The translations under genes and the position numbers were made by a program. Under the pieces are notes generated by a model. The model was not told the origin of the DNA and ran no database searches. It was given only the letters and a program-made list of their open reading frames with translations. A stretch of 64,000 bases of DNA from Candidatus Pacebacteria bacterium CG_4_9_14_0_2_um_filter_40_15 (GTDB lineage: Bacteria > Patescibacteriota > Microgenomatia > UBA1400 > PJMF01), in contig PFRS01000005.1 in NCBI GenBank assembly GCA_002788675.1, positions 67,731 to 131,730 on the forward strand. Reading direction: 5' to 3'. The number at the start of each line of letters is the position of its first letter. Within the stretch, counting starts at the first letter, position 1. Positions 38,886 to 49,786 of the stretch are shown here, piece after piece.

Positions 38886-40466
38886 ATGAACATCAAAATT
38901 GATACAGAAGCACTCTTTATTCTTCACACGCTCCAATCAGCTGGCTTTGAGGCATATATTGTGGGTGGTGCTGTGCGTGATATATTGCTTGCCGTCGATG
39001 ATACAGCTATTCAAGTAACAGACTACGACTTCACTACAAATGCTCAACCAGACCAAATCTTAGCACTCTTACCTGATTCATTTTATGAAAACGCTTTTGG
39101 CACAGTAAGTATTACAAGTGAACATATTAAAGAACAAATTCAAGGAACATTTGAAACTTCTTCACCCAAAAATAGTGCGACAAAACATTCTGACAAACTC
39201 ATTGATCTTCAAACAGCTTCAAAAATTCATGAATCTCTACAAGAAAACTTGAGTGAAATTCCTGATATCAATCCAGATATAGCTCCAAGTTCTTCGGCCA
39301 TAAAAGATTTGTATGAAATTACGACCTTTCGCTCAGATGGTTCATACAATAACCACCGCCATCCAGATACAATTACTTGGGGAAAATCTCTTAAAGAAGA
39401 TTTAGACCGCCGAGATTTCACCATCAATGCACTGGCGCTCTCGATTTCAAAAGACTTTTGTTCCAGTGTAACCACTCAAGACAGCCTTTCTCCTCAGACT
39501 GATGTTCCTCAAAAAGAATACACCATTATTGATGAACACCAAGGTATCACAGATCTAAATTCCTCACTTATTCGAACCGTCGGTAATCCTCATAAACGCT
39601 TTACTGAAGATGCCCTGCGTATTCTCAGAGCCATTAGATTTTCAGTACAACTTAATATGCAAATAGAAGATGCAACGTACTCTGCAATTGTTGAACTGGC
39701 AAGTCACCTTGAGCATATTAGCTGGGAACGCATTCGAGATGAATTTCTAAAAATGTTGGCTTCATCATATCCACGGGAAGCTATCGAAATCTTAGATGCT
39801 ACTGGTTGTCTCACGTATATCTTGCCAGAACTACTAGAAGGAAAAGGCGTTCAACAAGGCGGCCACCATACCACCGACGTTTGGGAACATGCTTTAGCTG
39901 CACTCGCTTCGTGTCCATCTCCTGACCCAATTGTCCGACTAGCAACACTGATTCACGATATTGGTAAACCTGCCACTCATAAGCTTATTCATGGAGAACC
40001 AACCTTCTATAACCATGAAGTAATTGGCTCACGTATGGCAAAAACTATTGCCTACCGATTCAGACTTTCGAAACAAGAAACTGAACGGCTCTTTATTCTT
40101 GTGCGTTTCCACATGTTCTATTATCAACCAGAAAATTCTGATGCCTCAATCAGAAGATTTATGCGAAAAGTTGGTTTAGAAAATATTGATGACATCTTAG
40201 ACTTACGAGAAGCAGATCGGCTTGGCAGCGGTGCAAAAAAAACCAGTTGGCGTCTTGAAGAAATGAAGGCACGAATGGTTGAACAACTCCATCAACCATT
40301 TGAAATTAAAGATTTAGCCATTAATGGTCATGATTTAATGAGTGAACTTAATCTTCAGCCTGGGCCAAAGCTTGGTGTAATACTCCAACAGTTATTCGAA
40401 GAAGTTTTAGAAAACCCTGAACTAAATACAAAAGAAATTTTGCTTAAAAAAGCACAAGAAATCTAA
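38886..40466 (+). CDS. cca: tRNA nucleotidyltransferase (CCA-adding enzyme) / poly(A) polymerase family with HD domain
   Basis: IVGGAVRDILL head motif and the HD motif HHTTDVWEH...IHDIGKP. About 100-aa low-complexity insertion in the head domain. Confidence 0.75.
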   Translation: MNIKIDTEALFILHTLQSAGFEAYIVGGAVRDILLAVDDTAIQVTDYDFTTNAQPDQILALLPDSFYENAFGTVSITSEHIKEQIQGTFETSSPKNSATKHSDKLIDLQTASKIHESLQENLSEIPDINPDIAPSSSAIKDLYEITTFRSDGSYNNHRHPDTITWGKSLKEDLDRRDFTINALALSISKDFCSSVTTQDSLSPQTDVPQKEYTIIDEHQGITDLNSSLIRTVGNPHKRFTEDALRILRAIRFSVQLNMQIEDATYSAIVELASHLEHISWERIRDEFLKMLASSYPREAIEILDATGCLTYILPELLEGKGVQQGGHHTTDVWEHALAALASCPSPDPIVRLATLIHDIGKPATHKLIHGEPTFYNHEVIGSRMAKTIAYRFRLSKQETERLFILVRFHMFYYQPENSDASIRRFMRKVGLENIDDILDLREADRLGSGAKKTSWRLEEMKARMVEQLHQPFEIKDLAINGHDLMSELNLQPGPKLGVILQQLFEEVLENPELNTKEILLKKAQEI

Positions 40467-40495
40467 CGTATCAGTCTGGTACGAATAGTCCTGAA

Positions 40496-41383
40496 CTATT
40501 TTCTCTTTTTAAGTGCTGCTCGTTTTACAGCAACCTCATCCCAAAGAATGAGTAATGGAGCTGCTAAAAAGGTTGATGAATACGTTCCTACAATAGCTCC
40601 AACTAATAATGCAACAGAAAACCATCGGATTGATGCTCCGCCAAGTAATACCAGTGCAGCCAACATAACAATAATAGTTACAGAGTTATTGATTGAACGA
40701 CTAACTGTTTCGATAATAGCATCATTCACTGTTGCCTCAAAAGCTTGGCGACGTTGTTTTAGTCTGAGTTCAAGAATACGGTGGAAAACCACAACAGTAT
40801 CATGAATAGAAAATGACAGCGTGGTGAGTAAAGCTGTTACAAACAGAATATCCACTTGGACCTCATAGAAATGTCCAAGTAAACTAAACACTCCCAATAA
40901 TATGAGTGAATCATGGAGCATTGCCGTCACAGCACAGACGCCATACTTTAGCTCCGAGAACTGCCTCCACACATAAAGTGTAATCACACCTGTGACTAGC
41001 AAAATTGCTATCCCAGTCTTATATAATAATTCTCCACTAATAGTTGGACCAACAATCTCAAATTTAATGATTTCTGTTGTACCAGCCCTTTCAGCTAATT
41101 TTTCAATAATTTGAGACTGGGCTGAACCTTCAATCGTAGGACCTTTTAATAGTAACTGTTTGTCTCCTGAGAACTGAATACTTGTTGGCTCATAGACATC
41201 AGCAAGCAGTGGATACAGTTCTTCAACAGTAAAATCGTTTTTTTCTACTGCTACTTCTACCAGTGAACCACCGGTAAAGTCGACTGATGGAACGAGTCTA
41301 AAGACAATCAAAGAGACAATGCTTATTAACACTAACACACTTGAAAACATAAAGTAGAGTTTGCGATATTTCATTATGTTCAT
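40496..41383 (-). CDS. secF: Protein translocase subunit SecF
   Basis: Six-TM SecF pattern. It overlaps secD by 4 nt. Confidence 0.85.
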   Translation of the reverse strand: MNIMKYRKLYFMFSSVLVLISIVSLIVFRLVPSVDFTGGSLVEVAVEKNDFTVEELYPLLADVYEPTSIQFSGDKQLLLKGPTIEGSAQSQIIEKLAERAGTTEIIKFEIVGPTISGELLYKTGIAILLVTGVITLYVWRQFSELKYGVCAVTAMLHDSLILLGVFSLLGHFYEVQVDILFVTALLTTLSFSIHDTVVVFHRILELRLKQRRQAFEATVNDAIIETVSRSINNSVTIIVMLAALVLLGGASIRWFSVALLVGAIVGTYSSTFLAAPLLILWDEVAVKRAALKKRK

Positions 41384-42756
41384 GCTGAAACCTTCATTTT
41401 AGCGGTTCGCTCGGTAATAAATAACCTCATGAGCGTTCGCGTTACTAACACACCGGTAAAGAGCCCAAGTACTACTCCAATAAGCAAGGTAATGCCAAAT
41501 CCTCGAACCAAACCACTTCTGTTTAAAAATGAGAAATCCATAGGGTTGATGAGCACAAGAGCGGTGAAGATGGTAATACTATTTGCGTCTTTAATGCTGT
41601 CCCAGGCTTTTCCAAAACCATTTTCCATAGCTATTGCGAATGGAATACCTTTTCTCAGCTCTTCTTTCATACGCTCAAAAATAAGAATATTAGCATCAAC
41701 TGCCATACCTATAGAAAGTAACAGTCCTGCAATACCTGGTAGTGTGAGTGTAACGCCAATTACTTTGTAAAGTGCTAAGGTAACAACCGCATAAATAACA
41801 AGAGCAACACTTGCAACAATGCCTTGTGCTCCATAATAGAGAATCATAAAGAACATCACTAAACCAATGCCCACGATACCCGCCTGGATACTCTGCTGCA
41901 CTGAAGTATCTCCAAGTGATGCGCCCAAAGTTCGCAGTTCAAGAACAGCTATTGGCACAGGTAGTGCTCCGGCATTAAGTTGTACTGAAAGCTGCTGCGC
42001 TTCTTCAACAGTAAATCCACCAGTAATTGTTGCTTCTCCTGTTAAAATTGGGACCTGAATAACTGGAGCCATAATCATTGATCCATCAACAAAAATCCCC
42101 ATTGGCTTACCAACATTCTGTGTAGTGATATCACTAAAGAGTTTACTTCCTTCTGAGTCAAACTGCAAAGCGACAAGTGGCTCGCCTGTTTGTTGATCAA
42201 ACTGAACTGACGATTTTTTAAGCATTTGACCCGTAAGGCCAGTTGGAACAATTGTTACCCCAGACAGCGTAGCTTCTGGGCTTTCTGGATCAGGTTCTTG
42301 GAATAAACCAAATTCAAGCTGAGCTGTTTGTCCAACAAGAGCAAGCGCATCATTTGAGTCACTCAATCCTGGCAGCTCCACATTAATTCTATAGCTCTCA
42401 TCAGCTACAGATGTTTGCACAACAGGCTCAGAGATACCATACAAATCGACACGACGAGAAATAATTTCTTTTGCAGAGGCAAGGGCATCTGCTCTGTCGG
42501 CTTGTTCAATTCCAGACATGTCTGCTTCAAGCACAACCTGCATACCACCTTGGATATCCAAACCTTGTTTGAATTCAAATTCCTTATGTACAGGTGTTCC
42601 AAAAAAAGAATAATCTATAACAGGAGAGCCAACCACAAACGAAAAATCTTTACCAAAGGCATTTAAGGAGATGGGTAGTGATTTAGGTAAAGCAATGCTC
42701 GCTGAAATAATAAAGGTGAGCACTATCCCTAAAAAAAGTACTTTCGTTCTTTCCAT
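41380..42756 (-). CDS. secD: Protein translocase subunit SecD
   Basis: Large periplasmic P1 domain and conserved C-terminal TM core. Confidence 0.85.
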   Translation of the reverse strand: MERTKVLFLGIVLTFIISASIALPKSLPISLNAFGKDFSFVVGSPVIDYSFFGTPVHKEFEFKQGLDIQGGMQVVLEADMSGIEQADRADALASAKEIISRRVDLYGISEPVVQTSVADESYRINVELPGLSDSNDALALVGQTAQLEFGLFQEPDPESPEATLSGVTIVPTGLTGQMLKKSSVQFDQQTGEPLVALQFDSEGSKLFSDITTQNVGKPMGIFVDGSMIMAPVIQVPILTGEATITGGFTVEEAQQLSVQLNAGALPVPIAVLELRTLGASLGDTSVQQSIQAGIVGIGLVMFFMILYYGAQGIVASVALVIYAVVTLALYKVIGVTLTLPGIAGLLLSIGMAVDANILIFERMKEELRKGIPFAIAMENGFGKAWDSIKDANSITIFTALVLINPMDFSFLNRSGLVRGFGITLLIGVVLGLFTGVLVTRTLMRLFITERTAKMKVSA

Positions 42757-42781
42757 ACTGTCTTTCTATCTAGTTGGGCAA

Positions 42782-43426
42782 TTATAATCCTGGAGTTTTA
42801 CGTTCTACGAACTCAACTTCACTTCCAAGTACCATCACACGAGTTCCAAAAAGAACATCCATCATGAATGGATCTCGGCGAGTTTTTCTAAACTCGAACT
42901 CTTCGTCTGAAAATACTGCATAGTTAATTTCACGATCGTGCTTTTTTTCTTCTTGCTTAATGAGTTGCTCGAGTTCTGGTAACACAATTTCACCGACAAC
43001 TAACAAATCAACTTCACCTTGACTGGGAGCCAACCCCTGCACAAACTTACCTGAGAACATGACAAAACTGACCTGTCCGAGTTTACGTCTGTACTTTCGT
43101 ATTTTTTCACCCAAACCAGTGCTCTTTACTACCATCTGCTGTAACTCTTGATGATATAAATACCGTTTATTGAGTTGATAATAGAGTCTATTACCCCGTT
43201 CTTCAGACCTGAGCATACCATTTCCAAGCATACGGTCGAGTTCACGACGAACAGCATTAATTTCTTCTTTAATAGCGCGTGTTATCTCTCTAACATAGTA
43301 CATTTCTTCAGAATTTGAGTAAAAGAGTTCCACCATTTTGACTCTCACTCTGGAGATCATGAAGTCTTGTAAATCGCTCATAAGATCGCCTCTTCTTTTA
43401 GTACGTAATTTCAGTTCCAACATCAA
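42782..43426 (-). CDS. Putative winged-helix DNA-binding protein with an unknown C-terminal domain
   Basis: N-terminal wHTH-like segment (VREITRAIKEEINAVRRELDRM). Function unknown. Confidence 0.35.
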   Translation of the reverse strand: MMLELKLRTKRRGDLMSDLQDFMISRVRVKMVELFYSNSEEMYYVREITRAIKEEINAVRRELDRMLGNGMLRSEERGNRLYYQLNKRYLYHQELQQMVVKSTGLGEKIRKYRRKLGQVSFVMFSGKFVQGLAPSQGEVDLLVVGEIVLPELEQLIKQEEKKHDREINYAVFSDEEFEFRKTRRDPFMMDVLFGTRVMVLGSEVEFVERKTPGL

Positions 43427-44606
43427 CTACAGAGATCCAAGTCAGACCTCGAGCTAACTCTAAATCATTACCCTTGTTGTCAGTAAAGGTGAGTTCATCT
43501 TCACGGGTCTTTTTTGACCATCTTGCGCTGATCGCTTCGCCATTCTTGAAGATTGTAGCTTTACCTGTTCCAGTTGTTGTATAGAGCATGTGTTTAAGTT
43601 CATCAATTGGACCTTTTTCAGTTGCAAAAAGCACAATTACATTTGCAGCTTCTATTTGCTTATCAGTATTAAGATCAATATGAGACTCCCCAGCTAAAGT
43701 TCTTTGATACATCTTCTTTTCTGGATTGTATGCCCATGCTACACCAAACTGTGCAAAGCCATCCCAAAATTCATATGAAACTTTAGAAACACTGCCATCA
43801 GCAGGGACTTCTTTTTGGAAAGTCCAAGGTGTATAGCCATCCTTCCAATCTTCTTCTTTGTAGGTAATTCTACCAATTCTTCGAGCAGGTGCCATATTTG
43901 TCCAATCACGTTTTTCTGCTGCATAGGTCCAAAGTTTTTCTGTTGAACTTTCCATGGTGTGTTCTGTTGCCACGTCTTTATCTAAGCGATTAGCGTTTCG
44001 ATAAAACGTTGGGAAACCAATTGAAAATTGATTTAAATCATTTTCTTGATTCCAGCCGTAATCACCAAGCTGACCTAAGGCATCAGCCGGGCCAGGCAAG
44101 TTTGCTCCACCAACATGTACATAAAGAGGGAAGTTAAATCCTGAAGCCCACTCTATAAAGTAGCTTCTGGCAGAACGTACTGGTGCTAAAGTAATGTCAT
44201 AGCGTTGGGCATCACAGTAGAAAATCGCCATGAAACGTGTTACGCCACCTTCAGCCATTGCCTCAAAAACTATATCCGCATTGCCCAAACCAGATTGTGG
44301 TCGTGCATCAGGACTATTTTCGATCATAACTGCTAACGGTCGTCGTTGTTCCCAAGCCTTTCGTTCTGTTTGAGTGTACATGTCACCATTTAGTGGACAC
44401 ACTTGGTCTTTAGGCTCTTTTGGATCAATTTCTAAAAGGGAACCTAATGCTGTTTCTTCATCTTCATCTACAGCTACGTCAGTTTGCTGGACTCCACCAA
44501 GTAGCGCCGTTGTCGTTGGACTTGCTAAAAACGCAAATGCTCCAAAAGAAACAAATGCAGATAAAAAGTATAGTGAAACAATGATTATGACTGTTTTCTT
44601 ATTCAT
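43398..44606 (-). CDS. DUF3048 (YerB-like) secreted/lipoprotein
   Basis: Signal/TM anchor, then AVMIENSPDARPQSGL ... ADIVFE ... GGVTRFMAIF pattern. The start is taken at MNKKTV. Confidence 0.5.
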   Translation of the reverse strand: MNKKTVIIIVSLYFLSAFVSFGAFAFLASPTTTALLGGVQQTDVAVDEDEETALGSLLEIDPKEPKDQVCPLNGDMYTQTERKAWEQRRPLAVMIENSPDARPQSGLGNADIVFEAMAEGGVTRFMAIFYCDAQRYDITLAPVRSARSYFIEWASGFNFPLYVHVGGANLPGPADALGQLGDYGWNQENDLNQFSIGFPTFYRNANRLDKDVATEHTMESSTEKLWTYAAEKRDWTNMAPARRIGRITYKEEDWKDGYTPWTFQKEVPADGSVSKVSYEFWDGFAQFGVAWAYNPEKKMYQRTLAGESHIDLNTDKQIEAANVIVLFATEKGPIDELKHMLYTTTGTGKATIFKNGEAISARWSKKTREDELTFTDNKGNDLELARGLTWISVVDVGTEITY

Positions 44607-44616
44607 GAATTTTCCC

Positions 44617-44889
44617 CTATCGAATGTACAGATAAATACCAAACAGTATACAGAAAACTACTGCAGTCACTATACCAGTTTTACGTAGGTCTTGGTATAG
44701 AAGTTTAGTCATTTCTGCGCCGAAACTTGATTTTACTCCGTTTTTTGCAATTGGTGTAGTAGCTTTTTTAGTAACCACCGTGGTAACTTCTGGGTCCACT
44801 ACAGATACGCCATTTTCAGAGAAAACAAACTCCATTTTCCTTTTGGACTCGACTTTCTGTTTTTGTTTTTTTGTTCTTTTTTTTGCCAT
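44617..44889 (-). CDS. Small Lys-rich protein with a C-terminal TM helix
   Basis: ORF only. Confidence 0.3.
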   Translation of the reverse strand: MAKKRTKKQKQKVESKRKMEFVFSENGVSVVDPEVTTVVTKKATTPIAKNGVKSSFGAEMTKLLYQDLRKTGIVTAVVFCILFGIYLYIR

Positions 44890-44912
44890 AAGTAGTTTCT
44901 CTCTAGTACAAC

Positions 44913-46031
44913 CTAGCCAAATAGTCTTACTACATCTCTAATTGTGATTACAACAATTAAGCCAAGTAAAAGCACATAACCACCGTAATTTAAAAAGTAC
45001 TCAACCTTTTCAGTTTTCTTTCTGCCCAAGACGTGTTCAAAACAAATCAGCACTGCTCGTCCACCATCAAGTGGAGGGATAGGAAGTACGTTCATTACAG
45101 CTAAGTTAATTGAAAGTAATGCAGCAAAAGTAATAATTGAGACAAATCCACCTGAGAGTATCCCTGTTTGCTGAGCTTGATGCACAATACCCACTGGTCC
45201 TGCAACTTCATCCGGGACCGTACGTTTTGTTGCAATGTCGGACACCATGCTTCCCAAAGCGGCCACAATTTGCACACTTAAATCAAATGCCTGTTGAAAA
45301 CCAAAAACTATGCCCCTAAATGGCATCTGCCATGCTGGGTAGTATTCATAGACAACAGATTCAAATGCTATTCCAATGGAGCCTTCTCCTTCAGGTGTTT
45401 CCTCCAAGGTGCGAACATACATCTGATACTCACTCTTGGTAGGATCACAGATAAGTGCTTGGCATTCTCCAGTCGTTTCAACAGTGAGCGTTTCTCCTTT
45501 ATGAGCACTTATTACAGATATAACATCAGTAACTGTTGGTGTTTGTGTGTATTCACCATTAATTGTTACTCCAGTAATGGTTACATTAGTAGGTAGCTGG
45601 GCTTCCTGAGCAGGTGAGTTAGGTGCCACTGCAGCAACTCTCCCTTCGGTCAGCATGTGCGGAATACCCGAACGGGTGAAGATTGCAGCAAAAACAAGCA
45701 CTCCAAAAAAGAAGTTAACTCCTGGGCCAGCCAGAATTATAAGTAACTTTTTCCAAGTATCTGCTTTAAAAAACTCACCACCTTCCGTTTTTTGTTGTGA
45801 CTGTCCTTCTACAGGACCATCTTCACCTTTCATACGCACAAATCCACCGAAAGGAATCCAGTTAAAAGTGAAGTCCGTGCCTCTCCAGGTAAAAAGTTTG
45901 AAGGCTTTAGGAGGATATCCAATACCAAATTCCTCAACAACTACACCAGAACGTACAGCAGCAATAAAGTGCCCGAGTTCATGAATGAAAACAAGAAATG
46001 ATAGTACTAAGATGAATAATAAAATAGACAT
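44913..46031 (-). CDS. rseP: Site-2 (RIP) zinc metalloprotease RseP, M50 family
   Basis: HELGHF zinc motif in TM1, PDZ region, LDGG motif near the C-terminus. Confidence 0.8.
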   Translation of the reverse strand: MSILLFILVLSFLVFIHELGHFIAAVRSGVVVEEFGIGYPPKAFKLFTWRGTDFTFNWIPFGGFVRMKGEDGPVEGQSQQKTEGGEFFKADTWKKLLIILAGPGVNFFFGVLVFAAIFTRSGIPHMLTEGRVAAVAPNSPAQEAQLPTNVTITGVTINGEYTQTPTVTDVISVISAHKGETLTVETTGECQALICDPTKSEYQMYVRTLEETPEGEGSIGIAFESVVYEYYPAWQMPFRGIVFGFQQAFDLSVQIVAALGSMVSDIATKRTVPDEVAGPVGIVHQAQQTGILSGGFVSIITFAALLSINLAVMNVLPIPPLDGGRAVLICFEHVLGRKKTEKVEYFLNYGGYVLLLGLIVVITIRDVVRLFG

Positions 46032-46032
46032 G

Positions 46033-46602
46033 TTAAATGGTCATCAAATCTTTTTCTTTCGAAGTAAAGATGTCATCAAGTTTAGTATTGTACTCTTTAA
46101 TGTAAGTTTCAAGTTCTTCTACGTTTTGAGAGATATCGTCTTCACTCACTCCATCTGAACCATCTTGAGCTTCAATTTCTTTTTTTGCATCATTTCTAAT
46201 AGTTCTGATCATTACTCTGCCAGCCTCAATCTTCTTGGCTAATGACTTAACCATTTCTTTCCGTGTCTCCTCAGTTAGTGATGCTACAGCGATACGAATA
46301 ATATCACCATCAACTACTGGGTTTAAGTTAAGCTCTGCGGTTGAAATTCCTTTGGCAATTGGTTCAAGTAAAGATTTATCCCATGGTGAGATAACCAAGA
46401 GTGTAGGATCTGGAGCTTGCACTGAAGCTAGTTCATTAATTCTCATTTTTGAGCCGTAGGCTTCAACAATAACAGGATCAAGCATTTGCACTGAAGCTCT
46501 ACCTGTTCTGAGAGTAGAAATGTCACGACGAATGTGTTCGATCGCCTTATCAAGCTTTTCGGTTACTGAAGTAAATGAGTATGCCATAGATTCTTTCTGC
46601 AA
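46033..46602 (-). CDS. frr: Ribosome recycling factor
   Basis: 189 aa; conserved RRF core (NLNPVVDGDIIRI, RNDAKKEI). Confidence 0.85.
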   Translation of the reverse strand: MQKESMAYSFTSVTEKLDKAIEHIRRDISTLRTGRASVQMLDPVIVEAYGSKMRINELASVQAPDPTLLVISPWDKSLLEPIAKGISTAELNLNPVVDGDIIRIAVASLTEETRKEMVKSLAKKIEAGRVMIRTIRNDAKKEIEAQDGSDGVSEDDISQNVEELETYIKEYNTKLDDIFTSKEKDLMTI

Positions 46603-46675
46603 TTGGGTTGAACTAATGCAGTGGTTATTGTATCAAAGTTTGTGATTCTAATATAGACACGATATACTTTGATAT

Positions 46676-47542
46676 ATGAAACTTTCAATCTACGTACAAA
46701 TACTGCAAAATTCACTCACCTCTATCAAGAGATACAATCATTTGCTCTTACTCAGGAATAGCACCATTTTCTGGTACTTTGTCACTTGGATTACCGTTCT
46801 CTCACTTTTGCAGGCTATTCAATTTAGTATTGTAACTATTCCTGAACTCTTTACTGGTCTCTCACATTCTATTGCAGAAGCCACTGAGTACTATCCAGAT
46901 GACTTAGTCCTGCATTGGAATGGTGTTGATACGATATCCAGTTCAATCGACCGCTTTGACGTGTACTATCCATCCGGCTTCGATGCAGATCGCTACACGT
47001 TACCAGCAAACCTTGGTACCTATATAACAACTGACTCAGATCCTGATCTAACTGAGTACTCGAAAAACTTCTTCCTTGCTACACCTCATCACCTCTACTT
47101 ACAGGAAGCTAGTGGTGACTGGAATACGTTTGAATTTTCCACACTTCTGAGTGATACACCTGAAGGAAGTTTGAATAAATCAGATGTGAGAGTGCTTAAT
47201 CAAGTATGGTTAGATCAAAAAGAGTACTTACAACAAGTAGCTCAAGTTGCGGGTGGGCTTATTCGAACAGTTTCCTCTATTGCTTCTAAGACTGTGACTC
47301 TTCTCTTTAGAGCTCTCTTCGTTCTTATGATTGCAAAGTATCTTGCACGTATTCAAACAAATTACAAACGATCACTCAAGCTTGCAGCTCTCTTAACCGT
47401 TCCAGCCATCATTGTCGAGACATGTATTATCTATCTCTACGGGGCGGATATCTATGGACTCAGTGGCTTTACATTCTGGATGCTTTTTACTCTGTATCTT
47501 TGGTTTGGAAAAGTCACTATTAAACAAGTGAAGCGAAGCTAG
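46676..47542 (+). CDS. Hypothetical membrane protein
   Basis: ORF plus TM helices. Confidence 0.4.
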   Translation: MKLSIYVQILQNSLTSIKRYNHLLLLRNSTIFWYFVTWITVLSLLQAIQFSIVTIPELFTGLSHSIAEATEYYPDDLVLHWNGVDTISSSIDRFDVYYPSGFDADRYTLPANLGTYITTDSDPDLTEYSKNFFLATPHHLYLQEASGDWNTFEFSTLLSDTPEGSLNKSDVRVLNQVWLDQKEYLQQVAQVAGGLIRTVSSIASKTVTLLFRALFVLMIAKYLARIQTNYKRSLKLAALLTVPAIIVETCIIYLYGADIYGLSGFTFWMLFTLYLWFGKVTIKQVKRS

Positions 47543-47928
47543 TTCTTAATTTTGTCTAAATATAACTCCATATTTATTGGAGGAAAGACGAGGAGCTGGT
47601 TTGCAGGATCAGCTGCATCAAGCTCTTCTTTGAGGTTTTCAACACGTAATCGAAGTGGATTATTGTCAGCAATGACTGGTGAAGGACTTGGCAAAGCAAC
47701 GAGGACTTCCTCAGCTTCTGGCTTCTTACGAGTAACCACTAAGAGAATAAGCAATAAAAAGAGAAAGCCAAAAATACCCGCTCCAATAACAATAAATTTT
47801 TTCTTTGGATTTGGTTTTACTTCTGTTTCTTCCTCATGCTTGACTGCAATTTCAGGAATAGTAACATCCTGAAATAGCGGCTGATCAGCCGAAAACTGTG
47901 TCTGGTTGGTATCAAATTCTGTCATCAT
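47539..47928 (-). CDS. Hypothetical single-TM protein
   Basis: ORF only. Confidence 0.35.
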   Translation of the reverse strand: MMTEFDTNQTQFSADQPLFQDVTIPEIAVKHEEETEVKPNPKKKFIVIGAGIFGFLFLLLILLVVTRKKPEAEEVLVALPSPSPVIADNNPLRLRVENLKEELDAADPANQLLVFPPINMELYLDKIKN

Positions 47929-48737
47929 AACTTTAGTAATTCGTCAAGGAACCCCAATGTTTTTTGTGCTGTAATATATGGTTCAGATAGTTCAGCAGAG
48001 AGTTGATTGAAACGAGATTTATTAAATTGATTTGTTGTTCGAGAGTAGTCTTGATCAATTATTTTAATTACAGCAGCTTCGGTCTGATCAATATGCTTAG
48101 TTGTTTCCGTGTAGGCACGATCACGTTTGGATGCAACCAAAGAGGTTACTTCCTCTTTTGCATGCTCTTTCTTAATGTCTTCTAGTAATGCTCTGGCTTT
48201 ATCATTCACGGTTTGTACTTTACCAATAGCAATGAGTGTGCGAGCTCGATACACCGCATCTTCAATATTTGGTTGATTTTCTTTAAAGTTTGCCACAACA
48301 CTCGCAATTGCATCTCTATCGTTAGCCAGCAAGACTGCATCTTGATGAGATTTAAGATACGTTAGCTGTGTACTTAAGAGTTCGAGAGCAGCATCTTTTT
48401 GGACCAAATTCACCCCATGTTGGAGCTCTAACTCATTTTTAAGAATCTCAATATAGGTAATCAACACTTTAGAGCGAGCAAGCAAGACATTACGTGTACC
48501 AGATACAGCTTGTTCAAGTGCTTTTAGTGTGGTGAGTTTGAAGTACTGCTCCTTTGACACTTCAAAGGTTCGCTCAGAATCTCGGTAGGCACCAATTTCA
48601 TCTCGATACAGGTTTTGAAGTTCTTCATTATCTTCAAAACTAACAGCCTGTGCATGCACAGAAGAAGTTCCACTCATAAAAAAAGAGAAGACAATCAAGG
48701 TAATCAAAGATACTGAATGTAATTTTTTGAGCATCAC
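47925..48737 (-). CDS. Hypothetical secreted helical protein
   Basis: Signal peptide; coiled-coil-like composition. Confidence 0.4.
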   Translation of the reverse strand: MMLKKLHSVSLITLIVFSFFMSGTSSVHAQAVSFEDNEELQNLYRDEIGAYRDSERTFEVSKEQYFKLTTLKALEQAVSGTRNVLLARSKVLITYIEILKNELELQHGVNLVQKDAALELLSTQLTYLKSHQDAVLLANDRDAIASVVANFKENQPNIEDAVYRARTLIAIGKVQTVNDKARALLEDIKKEHAKEEVTSLVASKRDRAYTETTKHIDQTEAAVIKIIDQDYSRTTNQFNKSRFNQLSAELSEPYITAQKTLGFLDELLKL

Positions 48738-48745
48738 CAGTATTA

Positions 48746-49459
48746 TTACACTAATGCACGCTTGCGAGCAAACTCAATAGCTGAGTGAAGTGATTCAAAG
48801 GTACCTGTGTCAAACCATTCACCTTTTACAAAAGCAACATCAAGAGTTCCCTCTTTAAGGTAGAGATTGTTAATATCGGTAATTTCTATTTCTCCTCGAG
48901 CAGATGGCGTTAGACTTTTTGCTTTTGCTACCACTGAATTGTCATAAATATACAAACCTGTAACGGCGTAATCAGATTTTGGATGTTCAGGTTTTTCTTC
49001 AATTGAAAGTGCTTTCTGGTTCTCATCAAACTCAACCACACCAAATCTAAATGAATCAGGTACTTGCTTAGCAAATACTCTGCCTCCAGATTTAAATGAC
49101 TTGATCTCTTCACCAAATTCTTGTGCAAAAATGTTATCACCTAGAACTAGGGTAACGTTGTCATCACCAATAAAGTTTTCACCAATTAGGAATGCTTGAG
49201 CAAGTCCTTCTGGCTTATCTTGAATTTCGTAAGTGAATTTACAACCGAACTCTTTTCCACTACCTAGAAGCTTCAAAAAATCACCAGCATGATCTGGTGC
49301 AACAATAATAAGGATATCTGTAATTCCTGCAGTAAGAAGCGTCTGAAGAGGATAATAAATCATTGGCTTATCATAGATAGGCAACAATTGTTTACTGGTT
49401 ACTCTGGTTAGGGGGTTAAGTCGTGTACCGGAACCGCCTGCAAGAATAATTCCTTTCAT
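48746..49459 (-). CDS. Sugar-phosphate nucleotidyltransferase (RmlA-like short form)
   Basis: [36 protein letters not shown]. Confidence 0.7.
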   Translation of the reverse strand: MKGIILAGGSGTRLNPLTRVTSKQLLPIYDKPMIYYPLQTLLTAGITDILIIVAPDHAGDFLKLLGSGKEFGCKFTYEIQDKPEGLAQAFLIGENFIGDDNVTLVLGDNIFAQEFGEEIKSFKSGGRVFAKQVPDSFRFGVVEFDENQKALSIEEKPEHPKSDYAVTGLYIYDNSVVAKAKSLTPSARGEIEITDINNLYLKEGTLDVAFVKGEWFDTGTFESLHSAIEFARKRALV

Positions 49460-49528
49460 AGTACTGCTCCTTTTTTATGCATTTGTATGATGTTGTAATA
49501 CTAACAAAAGTAGTGTAGCACTTCGATC

Positions 49529-49786
49529 CTAAAAGGTCACCATTAAAAGCAAAAATGTTGCTAAAGCTGCCGTTGCTAAATATTCAAAAAAGACATGCGG
49601 AGAAATATGTCGAGTTTTAACATGACTCACAACTCCCCAAGTAAAATAAAAAACTCCGAGTGCGATGCTGACCATGCGTTGCTGAGTGTGATCTGGCCAA
49701 AAGAGAAAAAAGAATACTATAAATATACCAAGTCCTAAAAAGAGAATAGTGTATGCGGCTAGATGCTTTTTAAGTTCTACAAACAT
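49529..49786 (-). CDS. Small membrane protein (85 aa)
   Basis: Two to three TM helices. Confidence 0.3.
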   Translation of the reverse strand: MFVELKKHLAAYTILFLGLGIFIVFFFLFWPDHTQQRMVSIALGVFYFTWGVVSHVKTRHISPHVFFEYLATAALATFLLLMVTF

